Below, piece after piece: positions 55,098 through 64,000 of a DNA stretch of 64,000 bases (positions are counted from its first letter, which is position 1; each line of letters opens with the position of its first letter). This stretch comes from an uncultured bacterium. GTDB taxonomy: Bacteria; Krumholzibacteriota; Krumholzibacteriia; JACNKJ01. Under the pieces are notes generated by a model that worked only from the letters and a program-made list of their open reading frames with translations, was not told the origin of the DNA and searched no databases. The position numbers and the translations under genes are program-made. The DNA lies in contig CAYFNT010000012.1 in assembly GCA_964344565.1 (NCBI GenBank), forward strand, positions 30,648-94,647, given 5' to 3'.

Positions 55098-56342
55098 ATG
55101 AAGAGAGTTCTCGCAATGCTGCCTTCAGTGGCTGTTCTTCTACTTCTCGCCTGCGGCGGCGGAGGGTCCGACGGCAAGCTCTTCATCTGGGAGCAGATGG
55201 ATCCCAGCGAACAGGAACTGCTCGATGAACACCTGGCGCGTTTCATGGAGATGCATCCGGACATCGTCGTCGAGCGCGTGCACTACGAAACCGAGCAGTT
55301 ACGCACCCAGTTCCAGAACGCGGCCCTCGCCGGCGCGGGCCCCGAACTTGTCTACGGACCCGCCGACCAGGTGGGGCCCTTCTCGACCATGGGGCTCATC
55401 GAACCCCTGGACCAGCACTTCAGCCAGGCCAAGCTCGACTCCTTCTACACCGACGCACTGCCTCGCCTCGCCCGCCGGGGCGACGATACGGCCAAGCTCT
55501 GGTGCCTGCCCGACCAGCTGGGGAATCACCTCACGCTATGCTTTAACAAGGCGATGGTACCCCATGCGCCCCAATCGTTTAAGCACTTGGTTGAGATGGG
55601 AAAATACTGGACCAAGGACGAGGACGGCGACGGCCGCCCCGAGACTTACGGCCTGGTCTTCAACCAGAAGGAGCCCTTCTGGCTGGTGCCCTTCCTGGGC
55701 GGATTCGGAGGTTGGGTGGTGGACGAGCAGGGCAACCCGACCCTCGACAGCCGGGCCATGGCCAGCGCCCTCTCCTATGTGCAGTTCCTCAAGTTCGACG
55801 AGGGCATCATGCCGCGCGAGGCCGACTACGAGGTGGCCGACGCGCTTTTCAAGGAGGGCAAGGCGGCCTTCATCATCAACGGACCCTGGTCCTGGCAGCA
55901 GTATCTCGACGCGGGAATCGACCTGGGCCTGACGCCCATCCCGACGCTATTCGGCGGGGGATGGCCCGTACCCATGGTCAGCGCCAAGGGCTACAGCCTC
56001 AACGCCAACCTGCGGGGCGAGAAGCGCGAGCAGGCCCTGGCCCTGCTCGACTACCTCACCAGCGAAGCGGTGCAGGTGGAGAAATCCGCGGCCATGGGCA
56101 TGATCCCCAGCCGCAAGAGCGCGGCCGAAAAGGCCGAGGGCAGCCATCCACTGGTGGGGCCCAGTCGCGCGCAGATCGAGAAGGGGCGGGCCATGCCGGT
56201 CATCCCCGAGATGCGGGCCATCTGGGACGTCATGCGTCCGGCATACCAGGAGGTTCTGGGCAATCGGCTGGAACCTCGCGAGGCGGCCGTCCAGATGCAG
56301 GAGCAGGTAATCAAGAAGATCGAGGAAATGGGCGGAAACTAG
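55098..56342 (+). CDS. ABC transporter substrate-binding lipoprotein, MalE-like (maltose/maltodextrin family 1 SBP)
   Basis: ATG 55098 with SD AAGGAGAG. Lipobox LLLLACGGGGS. SBP_bac_1-type sequence. Confidence 0.8.
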   Translation: MKRVLAMLPSVAVLLLLACGGGGSDGKLFIWEQMDPSEQELLDEHLARFMEMHPDIVVERVHYETEQLRTQFQNAALAGAGPELVYGPADQVGPFSTMGLIEPLDQHFSQAKLDSFYTDALPRLARRGDDTAKLWCLPDQLGNHLTLCFNKAMVPHAPQSFKHLVEMGKYWTKDEDGDGRPETYGLVFNQKEPFWLVPFLGGFGGWVVDEQGNPTLDSRAMASALSYVQFLKFDEGIMPREADYEVADALFKEGKAAFIINGPWSWQQYLDAGIDLGLTPIPTLFGGGWPVPMVSAKGYSLNANLRGEKREQALALLDYLTSEAVQVEKSAAMGMIPSRKSAAEKAEGSHPLVGPSRAQIEKGRAMPVIPEMRAIWDVMRPAYQEVLGNRLEPREAAVQMQEQVIKKIEEMGGN

Positions 56343-56349
56343 CCGCCGT

Positions 56350-56378
56350 TTGACAGGGGCAATGCGGGACCCTACTCT
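56350..56378 (+). promoter_or_regulatory. Candidate sigma70 promoter TTGACA-N17-TACTCT upstream of GH13 amylase gene
   Basis: TTGACA at 56350-56355 and TACTCT at 56373-56378 with a 17-nt spacer, about 35 nt upstream of ATG 56414. Confidence 0.45.
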
Positions 56379-56413
56379 GTTCGGATTCCCGAAGCCCATT
56401 CCATGGAGGCCTC

Positions 56414-59311
56414 ATGCGAAGCGCTATCCTGATTCTCGCCACGGCAATCATATGTCTGGCTCCCGCCGCGATGGCGACCACCGTCACCTTCCACATGGCG
56501 GCCCCGGCAGCGGGTCAGGTCTACCTGGCCGGCACCTTCAACAACTGGAGCGCCAACACCGACATGCTGAGCGACGAGGATGGCGACGGCGTCTTCAGCA
56601 TCACGGTGGAACTCGATCCGGGCGAGTACCAGTACAAGTTCGTCATCGACGGCACCTGGAAGGAAGATCCCCATGCCGCCGACTACGTGGACGACGGTCA
56701 TGGCGGGCGCAACGGCATCGTCGCGGTCGAGGGTGAGGCCATGGAGGTCGGCAACCAGGACGCTCCGGAGAAGAAGCCCGCGGTGAAGAAGCGCGCGCCG
56801 GCCGGATCCCGCGATGTGACATTCAAGCTCGAGCCCAAGATCGGTGGCGTCAGCGAGGTCTACGTCGCCGGCTCCTTCAACGACTGGAACGCCTCGGCCG
56901 ATCGCATGACCGACGAGGACGGCGACGGCGTCTACGAGGTCACGATCTCGCTGCCCAAGGGCGAGCATCCCTACAAGTTCGTGGTGGACGGCAACTGGAT
57001 GGCCGACGAGAACGCCGAGGACTTCATCGACGACGGATTCGGCGGACAGAACTCCATCGTTCTCGTGGGCCTGAGTTCGGAGGACGGCATGAAGCTGCGC
57101 CGAGTACCCTTCATCTTCACGACCGCCGACGAGTACGGAGCGGTCTATCTGGCCGGAACCTTCAATGACTGGAATCCCGGCAAGACCCTCATGGAAAAGG
57201 GAGAAGGCGAGTGGCGCCTGGACCTGCTGCTTCCTCCTGGCGAACATCTCTACAAGTTCGTGGCCGACGGCAAGTGGATCACCGATCGCGATCGCGGCGA
57301 TGCCTTCGTCGATGACGGTCACGGCGGCGAGAACAGCGTGGTGATGGTGGACGACCGCTTCGAGGCCATCGACCGCAAGGTGGGCGACGGCAAGATCGAA
57401 GAGGGCTCCCTGCGCTTCACCCCCGACTTCCCCGATCTGAACCGGTCGGATCCCTCCATCATCGAGGTGAATTTCCGCACTGCGGCCGGCGACGTGGAGA
57501 AGGTGGAGATCGTGGTGGACGGCAAGGTCAAGGCCATGCGGAAGGCAGCCTCCGACGCCGCCGAAGATCTCTGGCGCGCCGACGTGCCCGTGCTCGACGA
57601 CAACGTGTCCCTCGCCATGAGTTTTCTCATCCACGACGGAGGGGAAAAGGTGAAGTTCGGCTACGGCGGTCTGGGCGGCGGGCCCATCCGCGTGCGTCCC
57701 GGCCAGCTCGAGACATTCTACACCCCGGCCTGGGTCGCCGACGGCGTCTTCTACCAGATCTTCCCCGACCGCTTCTTCAACGGCGACAAAGCCAATGATC
57801 CGGACTTCAGCGAGGAATTCTACAAGGGTCTCAACAAGCTTCCGGCCAGCGGTAAGACCAACGACGAGTACTTCCACCTGGAAGAGAACTGGAACGACTA
57901 CCGCGGTCTGACGCGCAGTGCCTATCGCACCGACGGCAAGCCCGATTACTACAGCTTCTACGGCGGCGACATCGAAGGCGTGCGCCAGAAGCTGGACTAC
58001 CTGGTCGATCTCGGCGTGAGCATCATCTACTTCAACCCGGTCACCCTGGGCAAGAGCAACCACAAGTACGACGCCGGCGACTACATGACATTGGATCCCC
58101 ACTTCGGATCGAAGGCGGACTGGAAACGCTTCATCGCCGAGGCCCACGACAAGGGAATCCGCGTGGTGGTGGAGGCCGTCTACAACCATTGCGGCGACAC
58201 CCACTGGGCATTCCAGGACTGCGTGAAAAAGGGGCCCGACAGCGAATACTGGCAGTGGTACGAATGGAAGAACTGGCCTCTGCCCGAGCAGGGCAGCTAC
58301 GAGGCCATCCAGTACTACGATTGCTGGTGGGGCTTCGGGCTTCACCCGAATCTGAACTTCGACAAAACCCGCATTGCCGAGCAGGAGAACGGCGTGCGGG
58401 ACATCGCCGAGGGCGATCCCAACTGGCCGGTGGTGAACCACCTGCTCGACGCCACGGAGTTCTGGCTCACCGAGATGGACGTGGACGGCTTCCGCATGGA
58501 CGTGCCCAACGAGGTGCCCTTCTGGTTCTGGAAGCTCTTCCGCGAGCGCGTTCGCTCCATCAAACCCGACGCCTACCTCGTGGGCGAGCTCTGGAGCACA
58601 GCTCCCGAGTGGGTGGGCAACGACACCTTCGACGCCGTGATGAACTATCGCCATTTCAAGGATCCGGTGAACAACTGGATCGGCCACGGCCGCGGCAACG
58701 CCCAGAGCTTCGAGGCCGGGCTAGCGCCGGGCCGCACCGCCTATCCCAGCCAGGCCGTGCGGGTGATGATGAACCTCATCGACAGCCACGACACCGTGCG
58801 CTTCATCACCACAGCCGGCGGCGACCGCCGGCGCCTGAAGCTCGCCGCGCTGTTCCAGATGAGCTACATGGGCGCGCCCCACATCTGGTATGGCGACGAG
58901 ATCGGCATGGAGGGTCAGCGCGATCCGGACTGTCGACGTCCCTTCTACTGGACCTACGAGGAGGATCCCGGCCGGGTGGAGATGCGCGATTTCTACAAGA
59001 GCGTCACCCATCTGCGTCGCGACAACTCGGCCCTGCGCCGCGGCGACTTCCGTCTGGCCCTGGCCAAGGGCAAGGACTACGCCTTCATGCGCGAGGACTC
59101 AGCCGGCGCTTTCCTGGTGGTGCTGCACAATGACGCGACGCCCGGCTCGGTGGTCGTGGACCTCGGCGCCCTGGGATACTCGGACGGCATCCGGTTCGGT
59201 TCGGCCGCCGGCACCAAGCGCGCACCGGTCTCGCAGCGGTACAAGGTCGAGGGGGGTAAGATCAGCATCCAGATGGAGGCCCTCGAGGGCATCATCCTCC
59301 GGAAGCTCTAG
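56414..59311 (+). CDS. Secreted GH13 alpha-amylase/neopullulanase-type enzyme with three N-terminal CBM48/E-set glycogen-binding modules
   Basis: Signal peptide MRSAILILATAIICLAPAAMA. Three repeats of ..GEYQYKFV(I/V)DG.W..D... GH13 regions YQIFPDRFFNGD, GGDIEGVRQKLDYLVDLGVSIIYFNPV, DGFRMDVPNEV, YLVGELWS and LIDSHDTVRF. Confidence 0.85.
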   Translation: MRSAILILATAIICLAPAAMATTVTFHMAAPAAGQVYLAGTFNNWSANTDMLSDEDGDGVFSITVELDPGEYQYKFVIDGTWKEDPHAADYVDDGHGGRNGIVAVEGEAMEVGNQDAPEKKPAVKKRAPAGSRDVTFKLEPKIGGVSEVYVAGSFNDWNASADRMTDEDGDGVYEVTISLPKGEHPYKFVVDGNWMADENAEDFIDDGFGGQNSIVLVGLSSEDGMKLRRVPFIFTTADEYGAVYLAGTFNDWNPGKTLMEKGEGEWRLDLLLPPGEHLYKFVADGKWITDRDRGDAFVDDGHGGENSVVMVDDRFEAIDRKVGDGKIEEGSLRFTPDFPDLNRSDPSIIEVNFRTAAGDVEKVEIVVDGKVKAMRKAASDAAEDLWRADVPVLDDNVSLAMSFLIHDGGEKVKFGYGGLGGGPIRVRPGQLETFYTPAWVADGVFYQIFPDRFFNGDKANDPDFSEEFYKGLNKLPASGKTNDEYFHLEENWNDYRGLTRSAYRTDGKPDYYSFYGGDIEGVRQKLDYLVDLGVSIIYFNPVTLGKSNHKYDAGDYMTLDPHFGSKADWKRFIAEAHDKGIRVVVEAVYNHCGDTHWAFQDCVKKGPDSEYWQWYEWKNWPLPEQGSYEAIQYYDCWWGFGLHPNLNFDKTRIAEQENGVRDIAEGDPNWPVVNHLLDATEFWLTEMDVDGFRMDVPNEVPFWFWKLFRERVRSIKPDAYLVGELWSTAPEWVGNDTFDAVMNYRHFKDPVNNWIGHGRGNAQSFEAGLAPGRTAYPSQAVRVMMNLIDSHDTVRFITTAGGDRRRLKLAALFQMSYMGAPHIWYGDEIGMEGQRDPDCRRPFYWTYEEDPGRVEMRDFYKSVTHLRRDNSALRRGDFRLALAKGKDYAFMREDSAGAFLVVLHNDATPGSVVVDLGALGYSDGIRFGSAAGTKRAPVSQRYKVEGGKISIQMEALEGIILRKL

Positions 59312-59320
59312 GGGGCTCCC

Positions 59321-60226
59321 TTGGCCGGCACGAGCATGAGCGGAAAAGGGCGGGAGGCGCGGCTGGCCGCGGCCTTCGCCCTGCCCGCCCTCGTGGCCAT
59401 GATGACCGTGGTGCTCTATCCCTTCCTCTACAACGTCTATCTGTCGATCACGGACATGGGCCTCTACACCTGGCGGGATCCGAGCATCCAGAGCCCCATC
59501 TGGAAGAACTACACCGAGGTGTTGCTCAATCCGGAACTCTACGGCGTCTTCCTCAAGACCGTGCTCTGGACGGGCATTAACGTGTTCTTCCACGTGGCGA
59601 TCGGCATCTTCCTGGCGCTCATCCTGAACCAGGCCCTGCCGGGAAAGACGCTTTTCAGGGTGCTGTTGATCCTTCCTTGGGCCATGCCCCAATACATCAG
59701 CGCGCTCACCTGGAAGGGCATGCTCAACTACGAGTGGGGGGCGATCAACGCGCTACTCGGCAAGATCGGTCTACCGGCCATCGCCTGGTCCAGCGATCCC
59801 TTCTGGGCCTTCATGGGCCCGCTCATCACGAACATCTGGTTGGGCTTTCCCTTCATGATGATCATCGCCCTGGGCGGCCTGCAGGCGATTCCTCCCTCGG
59901 TCTACGAGAGCGCCGAGGTGGACGGCGCGGGGCCGGTGCGCAGGTTTTTCAGCGTGACCCTGCCCATGCTCAAGCCCGTGCTGGCGCCGGCGGTGATGCT
60001 CGGCACCATCTGGACCTTCAACAACCTGAACGTGATCTGGCTGGTGAGTAACGGAGGCGAACCGGGGGATCGCACGCATATCCTGGTGAGCTATGTCTAC
60101 AAGGCCGCCTTCACCTACTACCGCTACGGCTATGCGGCGGCTTTCAGCATGCTGATCTTCCTGGTGCTCTTCGGATTCGTCTGGGCGCAGAACCGCCTGG
60201 GCAAGGCCTCGGAGGTGAGCTGGTGA
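59321..60226 (+). CDS. Sugar ABC transporter permease (MalF-like)
   Basis: Six TM helices and EAA-loop region (binding-protein-dependent transport system inner membrane component). ATGA overlap with the next permease. Confidence 0.8.
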   Translation: MAGTSMSGKGREARLAAAFALPALVAMMTVVLYPFLYNVYLSITDMGLYTWRDPSIQSPIWKNYTEVLLNPELYGVFLKTVLWTGINVFFHVAIGIFLALILNQALPGKTLFRVLLILPWAMPQYISALTWKGMLNYEWGAINALLGKIGLPAIAWSSDPFWAFMGPLITNIWLGFPFMMIIALGGLQAIPPSVYESAEVDGAGPVRRFFSVTLPMLKPVLAPAVMLGTIWTFNNLNVIWLVSNGGEPGDRTHILVSYVYKAAFTYYRYGYAAAFSMLIFLVLFGFVWAQNRLGKASEVSW

Positions 60227-61062
60227 TGCGCGGGCGCGGACGAATCGTGAAGCTCTTCCTCAGCTATGCCGTGCTGATCCCCGCGGCGCTGGTGAGCGTG
60301 TTTCCGATTCTGCAGATCCTGAACATCTCGCTGAGGCCCTCGGACCAGTTCGCGAGCACCAGCCTGGGCTTGATTCCCGATGGGGCCACCCTGCGCGCCT
60401 ACGCGGTGATGCTCTTCGAGAAGGACTTTCCCCTGTGGATGATGAACAGCCTCATCGTGTCCCTGGCCACGACCATCATCGGCATCGCCCTGGCCAGCAC
60501 CGCGGGCTACGCCTTCAGCCGTTTCCGCTTCCCGGGGCGACGGGCCGGCCTCATGATCTTCATGGTGAGCCAGATGTTTCCCGCCACCATGCTGCTGCTG
60601 CCCCTGTTCATCCTGATGCGTCGTCTCGGCCTGGTGGACAGTTTCATCGGCGTGACCATCGCCTACGTGGTCACGGCCCTGCCATTCTGCGTGTGGACCA
60701 TGAAGGGCTACTACGACACGATTCCCCGCGAGCTGGAAGAGGCGGCCTGGGTGGACGGCACCAGCGAACTCGGTGCCTTCTTCCGCGTGTCCCTGCCGCT
60801 GGCGAGTCCCGCACTCGTGATCACCGCGCTCTTCAGCTTCATGACCGGCTGGAACGAGTTCATGGTGGCGCGGGTGCTGCTGTCATCGAAACGACTCTTC
60901 ACCCTGCCTCTCGGACTCGAAAACCTCACCGGCACCTTCTCCACCGAATGGGCGAACTACGCCGCCGGCAGCCTCATGGTCTGCATTCCTGTGGTTGTTC
61001 TGTTCGTGGTGCTCAGCAAGTATCTTGTGGGAGGGTTGACCCTGGGAGGAGTGAAGGGGTAG
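60223..61062 (+). CDS. Sugar ABC transporter permease (MalG-like)
   Basis: 279 aa with an EAA motif region (EAAWVDGTSELGAFFRVSLPLASPALV). Confidence 0.8.
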   Translation: MMRGRGRIVKLFLSYAVLIPAALVSVFPILQILNISLRPSDQFASTSLGLIPDGATLRAYAVMLFEKDFPLWMMNSLIVSLATTIIGIALASTAGYAFSRFRFPGRRAGLMIFMVSQMFPATMLLLPLFILMRRLGLVDSFIGVTIAYVVTALPFCVWTMKGYYDTIPRELEEAAWVDGTSELGAFFRVSLPLASPALVITALFSFMTGWNEFMVARVLLSSKRLFTLPLGLENLTGTFSTEWANYAAGSLMVCIPVVVLFVVLSKYLVGGLTLGGVKG

Positions 61063-61125
61063 TCGTCAGTCTCCAGTCTCCAGTCGCCAGTCTCCAGTCT
61101 CCAGTCGCCAGTCTCCAGTCTCCAG
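61063..61125 (+). repeat. Heptamer tandem repeat (TCKCCAG)x9, equivalently a 21-mer x3, filling the gap between convergent malG-like and phosphorylase genes
   Basis: TCGTCAG TCTCCAG TCTCCAG TCGCCAG TCTCCAG TCTCCAG TCGCCAG TCTCCAG TCTCCAG, running from immediately after the TAG stop (61062) to 5 nt before the TGA stop of the minus-strand gene (61131-61133). The core CAGTCTC is related to CAGTTCT of the 28935 array. Confidence 0.8.
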
Positions 61126-61130
61126 CAAGA

Positions 61131-62804
61131 TCAGTAGTATAGGTCGCGATACTCCCGGACCATGCGATCGGCGCTGAAGCGCTCGGGCAGGGTTGCGAGG
61201 GAGCGGCGGATGCGCGCGACCCATGCGAGCGGGACGCCGCTCTCATCGCGGTCGTAGAATTCTGGCAGGACCTGTTCTTCCAGTACGCGGAACAGGGCTT
61301 CGCGGTCGCGGCGATCCTGTTCGTCGGCGTCACCGGGCTCCTCCCGATCGCTGATGGCGAAGCCGTTCTCGCCGTCATAGGCCTCGTCCCACCAACCGTC
61401 CAGAATCGACAGGTTCAGCCCACCGTTCAGCGCGGCCTTCATGCCGCTGGTGCCGCTGGCTTCCAGGGGGCGGCGGGGCGTGTTCATCCAGACATCGACG
61501 CCGGCCACGAGCTTGGCGGCGAGCTCCATGTCATAGTTTTCCAGGAAGAGGATCTTGCCGCGGAAAGGGGCCTCGCCGCAGAGGGCGATGAGCCGCGCCA
61601 TGATGTCCTTGCCCGGCTCGTTGTGGGGGTGGGCCTTGCCCGCGAAGAGGAACTGCAGGGGGCGTTCGGTCGATTCGAGCAGGGCGGACAGGCGCTCGGG
61701 ATCGTCCATGAGCAGCATGGCACGCTTGTAGGGAGCGAAGCGGCGGGCGAATCCGAGGGTGAGGGCGTCAGGATCGAGTCCTTCTTCCGCGCCTTTCAGT
61801 ACAGCGGGCACTCGCGCAGGCAACCAGTCGATGAGTTCGCGACGCAGTTCACAACGCCGATTCCAAAGGGCGGCATCGTCAAGGTCGGCTAGGTCTGCGG
61901 CCTTCGGGGAGGTCCAGGTGCTGCCGTGTACACCATTGGTCACGTGTCCTATTTCGGTCGATCCCTCAAGGCCGTCCCACATGCCGCGTGCCACTTCGCC
62001 GTGTAGCTTCGACACGCCGTTGGAACTGCCGGACATGCGCAATGCCAGCGTGGTCATGCAGAACTGGGAATCGTCGCCATGACGGCCGAGAGCCAGGAAC
62101 TCATCCACGTCTGTCTCGCAGGATTCGATGAAAGGAGCGAGTAGCTCGGCGACCATCGTGGCCTCGAAGCGGTCGTGTCCCGCATCCACTGGAGTGTGGG
62201 TGGTGAAGTGCAGGCGCGATTGTACACGTGTACGGTTTTCGGCGAAGTCGCCGTCGAACTGCTGGGCGAGGGCCAGGGCGGCGAAGGCCACGTGTCCTTC
62301 GTTCAGGTGAATCTCGCAAGGCTCGATGCCGAGAGCCCCGAGAGTGTAGACGCCGCCGACTCCGAGCAGGTATTCCTGCAGCAGTCGCATGCGGCGGTCG
62401 CCGCCGTAGAGGTGATCGGTGAGTGCGCGCAGTTCATCCGAGTTCTGGGGATGATCCGCGTCGAGCAGGTAGAGCTCGCCGCCATGGCGCGTCTCTTCCC
62501 AGACTTTGAAGTGAAGGGTGCCCGCACCCGACTCGAGAGAACCCTCCATGATGAAGCGAAGTCCCAAATCCTCCGGGCTACGACGGTCGTATTCTTCCCG
62601 CTGACGTCCGCCTTCGCCAATGACCTGGCGAAAGTACCCCTCGTGATAGAAGAGCCCCACGCCGACCAGGGGCAGATCGAGGTCGGCCGCGGCCTTCAGG
62701 TGGTCGCCGGCCAGGATGCCCAGGCCGCCGGAGTAGGTGGGCAGGTCGGCCCGCAGGCCGAACTCCATGCTGAAGTAGGCGACGAGGTTCTCAGGATTCG
62801 ACAC
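61131..62804 (-). CDS. Alpha-glucan (glycogen/maltodextrin) phosphorylase, GT35 family, short form (557 aa)
   Basis: [45 protein letters not shown] (phosphorylase N-terminal signature) and the pyridoxal-phosphate region (…[25 protein letters not shown]). Confidence 0.8.
   Translation of the reverse strand: MSNPENLVAYFSMEFGLRADLPTYSGGLGILAGDHLKAAADLDLPLVGVGLFYHEGYFRQVIGEGGRQREEYDRRSPEDLGLRFIMEGSLESGAGTLHFKVWEETRHGGELYLLDADHPQNSDELRALTDHLYGGDRRMRLLQEYLLGVGGVYTLGALGIEPCEIHLNEGHVAFAALALAQQFDGDFAENRTRVQSRLHFTTHTPVDAGHDRFEATMVAELLAPFIESCETDVDEFLALGRHGDDSQFCMTTLALRMSGSSNGVSKLHGEVARGMWDGLEGSTEIGHVTNGVHGSTWTSPKAADLADLDDAALWNRRCELRRELIDWLPARVPAVLKGAEEGLDPDALTLGFARRFAPYKRAMLLMDDPERLSALLESTERPLQFLFAGKAHPHNEPGKDIMARLIALCGEAPFRGKILFLENYDMELAAKLVAGVDVWMNTPRRPLEASGTSGMKAALNGGLNLSILDGWWDEAYDGENGFAISDREEPGDADEQDRRDREALFRVLEEQVLPEFYDRDESGVPLAWVARIRRSLATLPERFSADRMVREYRDLYY
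62219..62235. promoter_or_regulatory. Partial copy (15/18) of the ATTGTACACGTGTACAAT palindrome inside the phosphorylase coding region
   Basis: gATTGTACACGTGTACgg. The 14-mer core matches 13/14. It lies about 570 nt into the minus-strand gene. Confidence 0.3.
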
Positions 62805-62908
62805 GCTATGACTCCTCAGGGAAGAAGCGCTTTCTAGCGTAGATCATGCCGGCCGTCAAGGTCCTCGATGAGTCTGAGGGCTGCAGCTTTCCCGAGCATT
62901 TGATTCAG

Positions 62909-62916
62909 TGTATAAT
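62909..62916 (+). promoter_or_regulatory. -10 element TGTATAAT upstream of low-GC secreted beta-helix gene
   Basis: TATAAT at 62911-62916 preceded by TG. SD GAGGAGGA at 62930-62937, then ATG 62946. Confidence 0.45.
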
Positions 62917-62945
62917 TCTAGGGTGCTGCCGAGGAGGATTGCGGT

Positions 62946-64000
62946 ATGAACAAGTTTCTTTCAACTATAGCAATGATGCTGATTTTGGCATCACTAACCA
63001 TGGCCGCTGATCGCATGGCCGTGGTCGATGGATACTGTTTCCTACAGGACCAGAGTGACCATAGCGGGAGCAAGGTGGTTTTTCTGGCAGATTCACCTTC
63101 GGCAGAATCAGATAGCGTATACACCGACCAGGAAGGTTTCTTCGAACTCGGTCTTGAGGAGGGGCTCTATTGGGTGTCTTACTCTCACGATGGATTCTCT
63201 TCCTATAGTATCCCAAACCATGTCGTCATCACCTCTCATGTGACCCTTCCAGATGTAACCCTTGCGAACATGGTAGAGGAGGTCTCAGGTGATGTCAGCG
63301 GCTATTGGGGAATGGAACACCAAACCTACTACGTCATCGGTGATGTGATAGTACCGGAGGGTGATTCGCTGTTCATTCTTCCCGGTACCGATGTTCTGTT
63401 CTTAGATGATACTGAGCTATGGATCGATGGATACCTTGAGGCTTGCGGGACACAAACAGATAGTATCGTGTTTTCTTCATCCTCAGAGAGTCCAGGGCCT
63501 GGGATATGGGAGGGGCTGAAGTTCAACCGCGAATCAAGTCTTGGGGGTGGCGGCAAGATTTCCTACTGCCTTTTCGAGTACGCGAGTTTGCATACTGCGA
63601 CTAACTACGGTGGAAACTACGACTCACTCCTGGTGGAAAACTCAGCTTCTCGTTTTTGCGTCTATGGCTTGATCGTTGGCGGCGACAATCTGCTCGTACA
63701 GAGATTTCAAAGCAGGTATTGCACATACGGGGCCTACCTCAACCTATGGGGATGTGAGGTATCTGATTGTGAGTTCAGCTTCAATTCGACTGGCATGTTT
63801 TTAGAGGAAGGCCTGGCCACCCATAACTTGATCGCATCTAACAGCGGTCCCGGAGTAACGAAAATCGGCGGAGATCTTGTCGGCAATTCAATTGTCAATA
63901 ATGGTGGACTAGGGGTTAGCGTTTCCTACGCATTCGGATCTATTCAGGGCAACAGGATCTCGAGTAATCAGGGAGGTGTCGGGCTATACAATCAGTGGGG
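62946..64000 (+). CDS. Partial (continues beyond window) secreted protein with carboxypeptidase-regulatory-like / beta-sandwich N-domain and parallel beta-helix repeats; low-GC (about 48%)
   Basis: Hand-translated: MNKFLSTIAMMLILASLTMAADRMAVVDGYCFLQDQSDHSGSKVVFLADSP...LYWVSYSHDGFSS..., then repeats such as GNSIVNNGGLGVSVSY and GNRISSNQGGVGLY. There is no stop through position 64000. It is absent from the ORF track because it is open-ended. Confidence 0.6.
   Translation, partial: MNKFLSTIAMMLILASLTMAADRMAVVDGYCFLQDQSDHSGSKVVFLADSPSAESDSVYTDQEGFFELGLEEGLYWVSYSHDGFSSYSIPNHVVITSHVTLPDVTLANMVEEVSGDVSGYWGMEHQTYYVIGDVIVPEGDSLFILPGTDVLFLDDTELWIDGYLEACGTQTDSIVFSSSSESPGPGIWEGLKFNRESSLGGGGKISYCLFEYASLHTATNYGGNYDSLLVENSASRFCVYGLIVGGDNLLVQRFQSRYCTYGAYLNLWGCEVSDCEFSFNSTGMFLEEGLATHNLIASNSGPGVTKIGGDLVGNSIVNNGGLGVSVSYAFGSIQGNRISSNQGGVGLYNQW

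Noticed and set aside
60435-61142. ORF translating the TCKCCAG array as SLQSPVASLQSPVA repeats
   Set aside because: It is off-frame with respect to both flanking genes. It merely reads through the heptamer repeat in the convergent intergenic gap.

Overview
This is a 64-kb, gene-dense, high-GC (about 63-67%) bacterial chromosomal segment. The high GC produces many long spurious antisense ORFs; I count about 37 real CDS, no rRNA or tRNA genes and no CRISPR array. Several secreted proteins end in T9SS-type C-terminal sorting domains (three type-A, one type-B with an adjacent PorP/SprF-like gene). Together with anaerobic redox genes this suggests an uncultivated FCB-superphylum-like anaerobe, although the lineage cannot be resolved from sequence alone.

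From left to right the window contains:
- 1-2062: a partial MetH-activation-domain-like gene and an MttB-superfamily corrinoid methyltransferase, on the minus strand.
- 2114-6615: three tandem paralogous secreted right-handed beta-helix proteins that share a novel Cys-rich C-terminal module.
- 6706-7917: a secreted class-II glutamine-amidotransferase-like Ntn hydrolase fused to a T9SS type-A C-terminal domain.
- 7996-19365: a transketolase-family gene and a 3003-aa cyclic beta-1,2-glucan synthase (GT84 plus GH94).
- 19528-26627: a tricorn-protease homolog and a giant CotH / beta-helix / lamin-tail-domain / T9SS protein.
- 26748-28844: a GNAT acetyltransferase and a MATE transporter, followed by a heptamer-repeat-flanked bidirectional terminator.
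- 28959-38102: a nine-gene minus-strand redox operon: 2-oxoacid:ferredoxin oxidoreductase (delta, alpha, beta, gamma), a GltD/NfnB-like NAD(P)H oxidoreductase, an MvhD-like protein, an HdrD-like CCG protein, a fused HdrA-MvhD that carries an in-frame UGA (selenocysteine candidate) exactly at a conserved Cys position, and a small Zn-ribbon ORF.
- 38574-62804: an alpha-glucan utilization super-locus. It encodes a secreted GH57 enzyme with a T9SS C-terminal domain, an intracellular GH57 glucanotransferase, CBM48 lipoproteins, outer-membrane beta-barrels (one with an N-terminal CBM48), a T9SS type-B cargo protein with a PorP/SprF-like partner, a secreted glycogen-debranching enzyme, a MalEFG-type ABC transporter, a GH13 amylase with three CBM48 modules, and an alpha-glucan phosphorylase. 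An 18-bp LacI-type palindrome, ATTGTACACGTGTACAAT, recurs across this locus.

Low-GC islands are visible at 41711-43171, at 54250-55078 and from 62946 to the window end.
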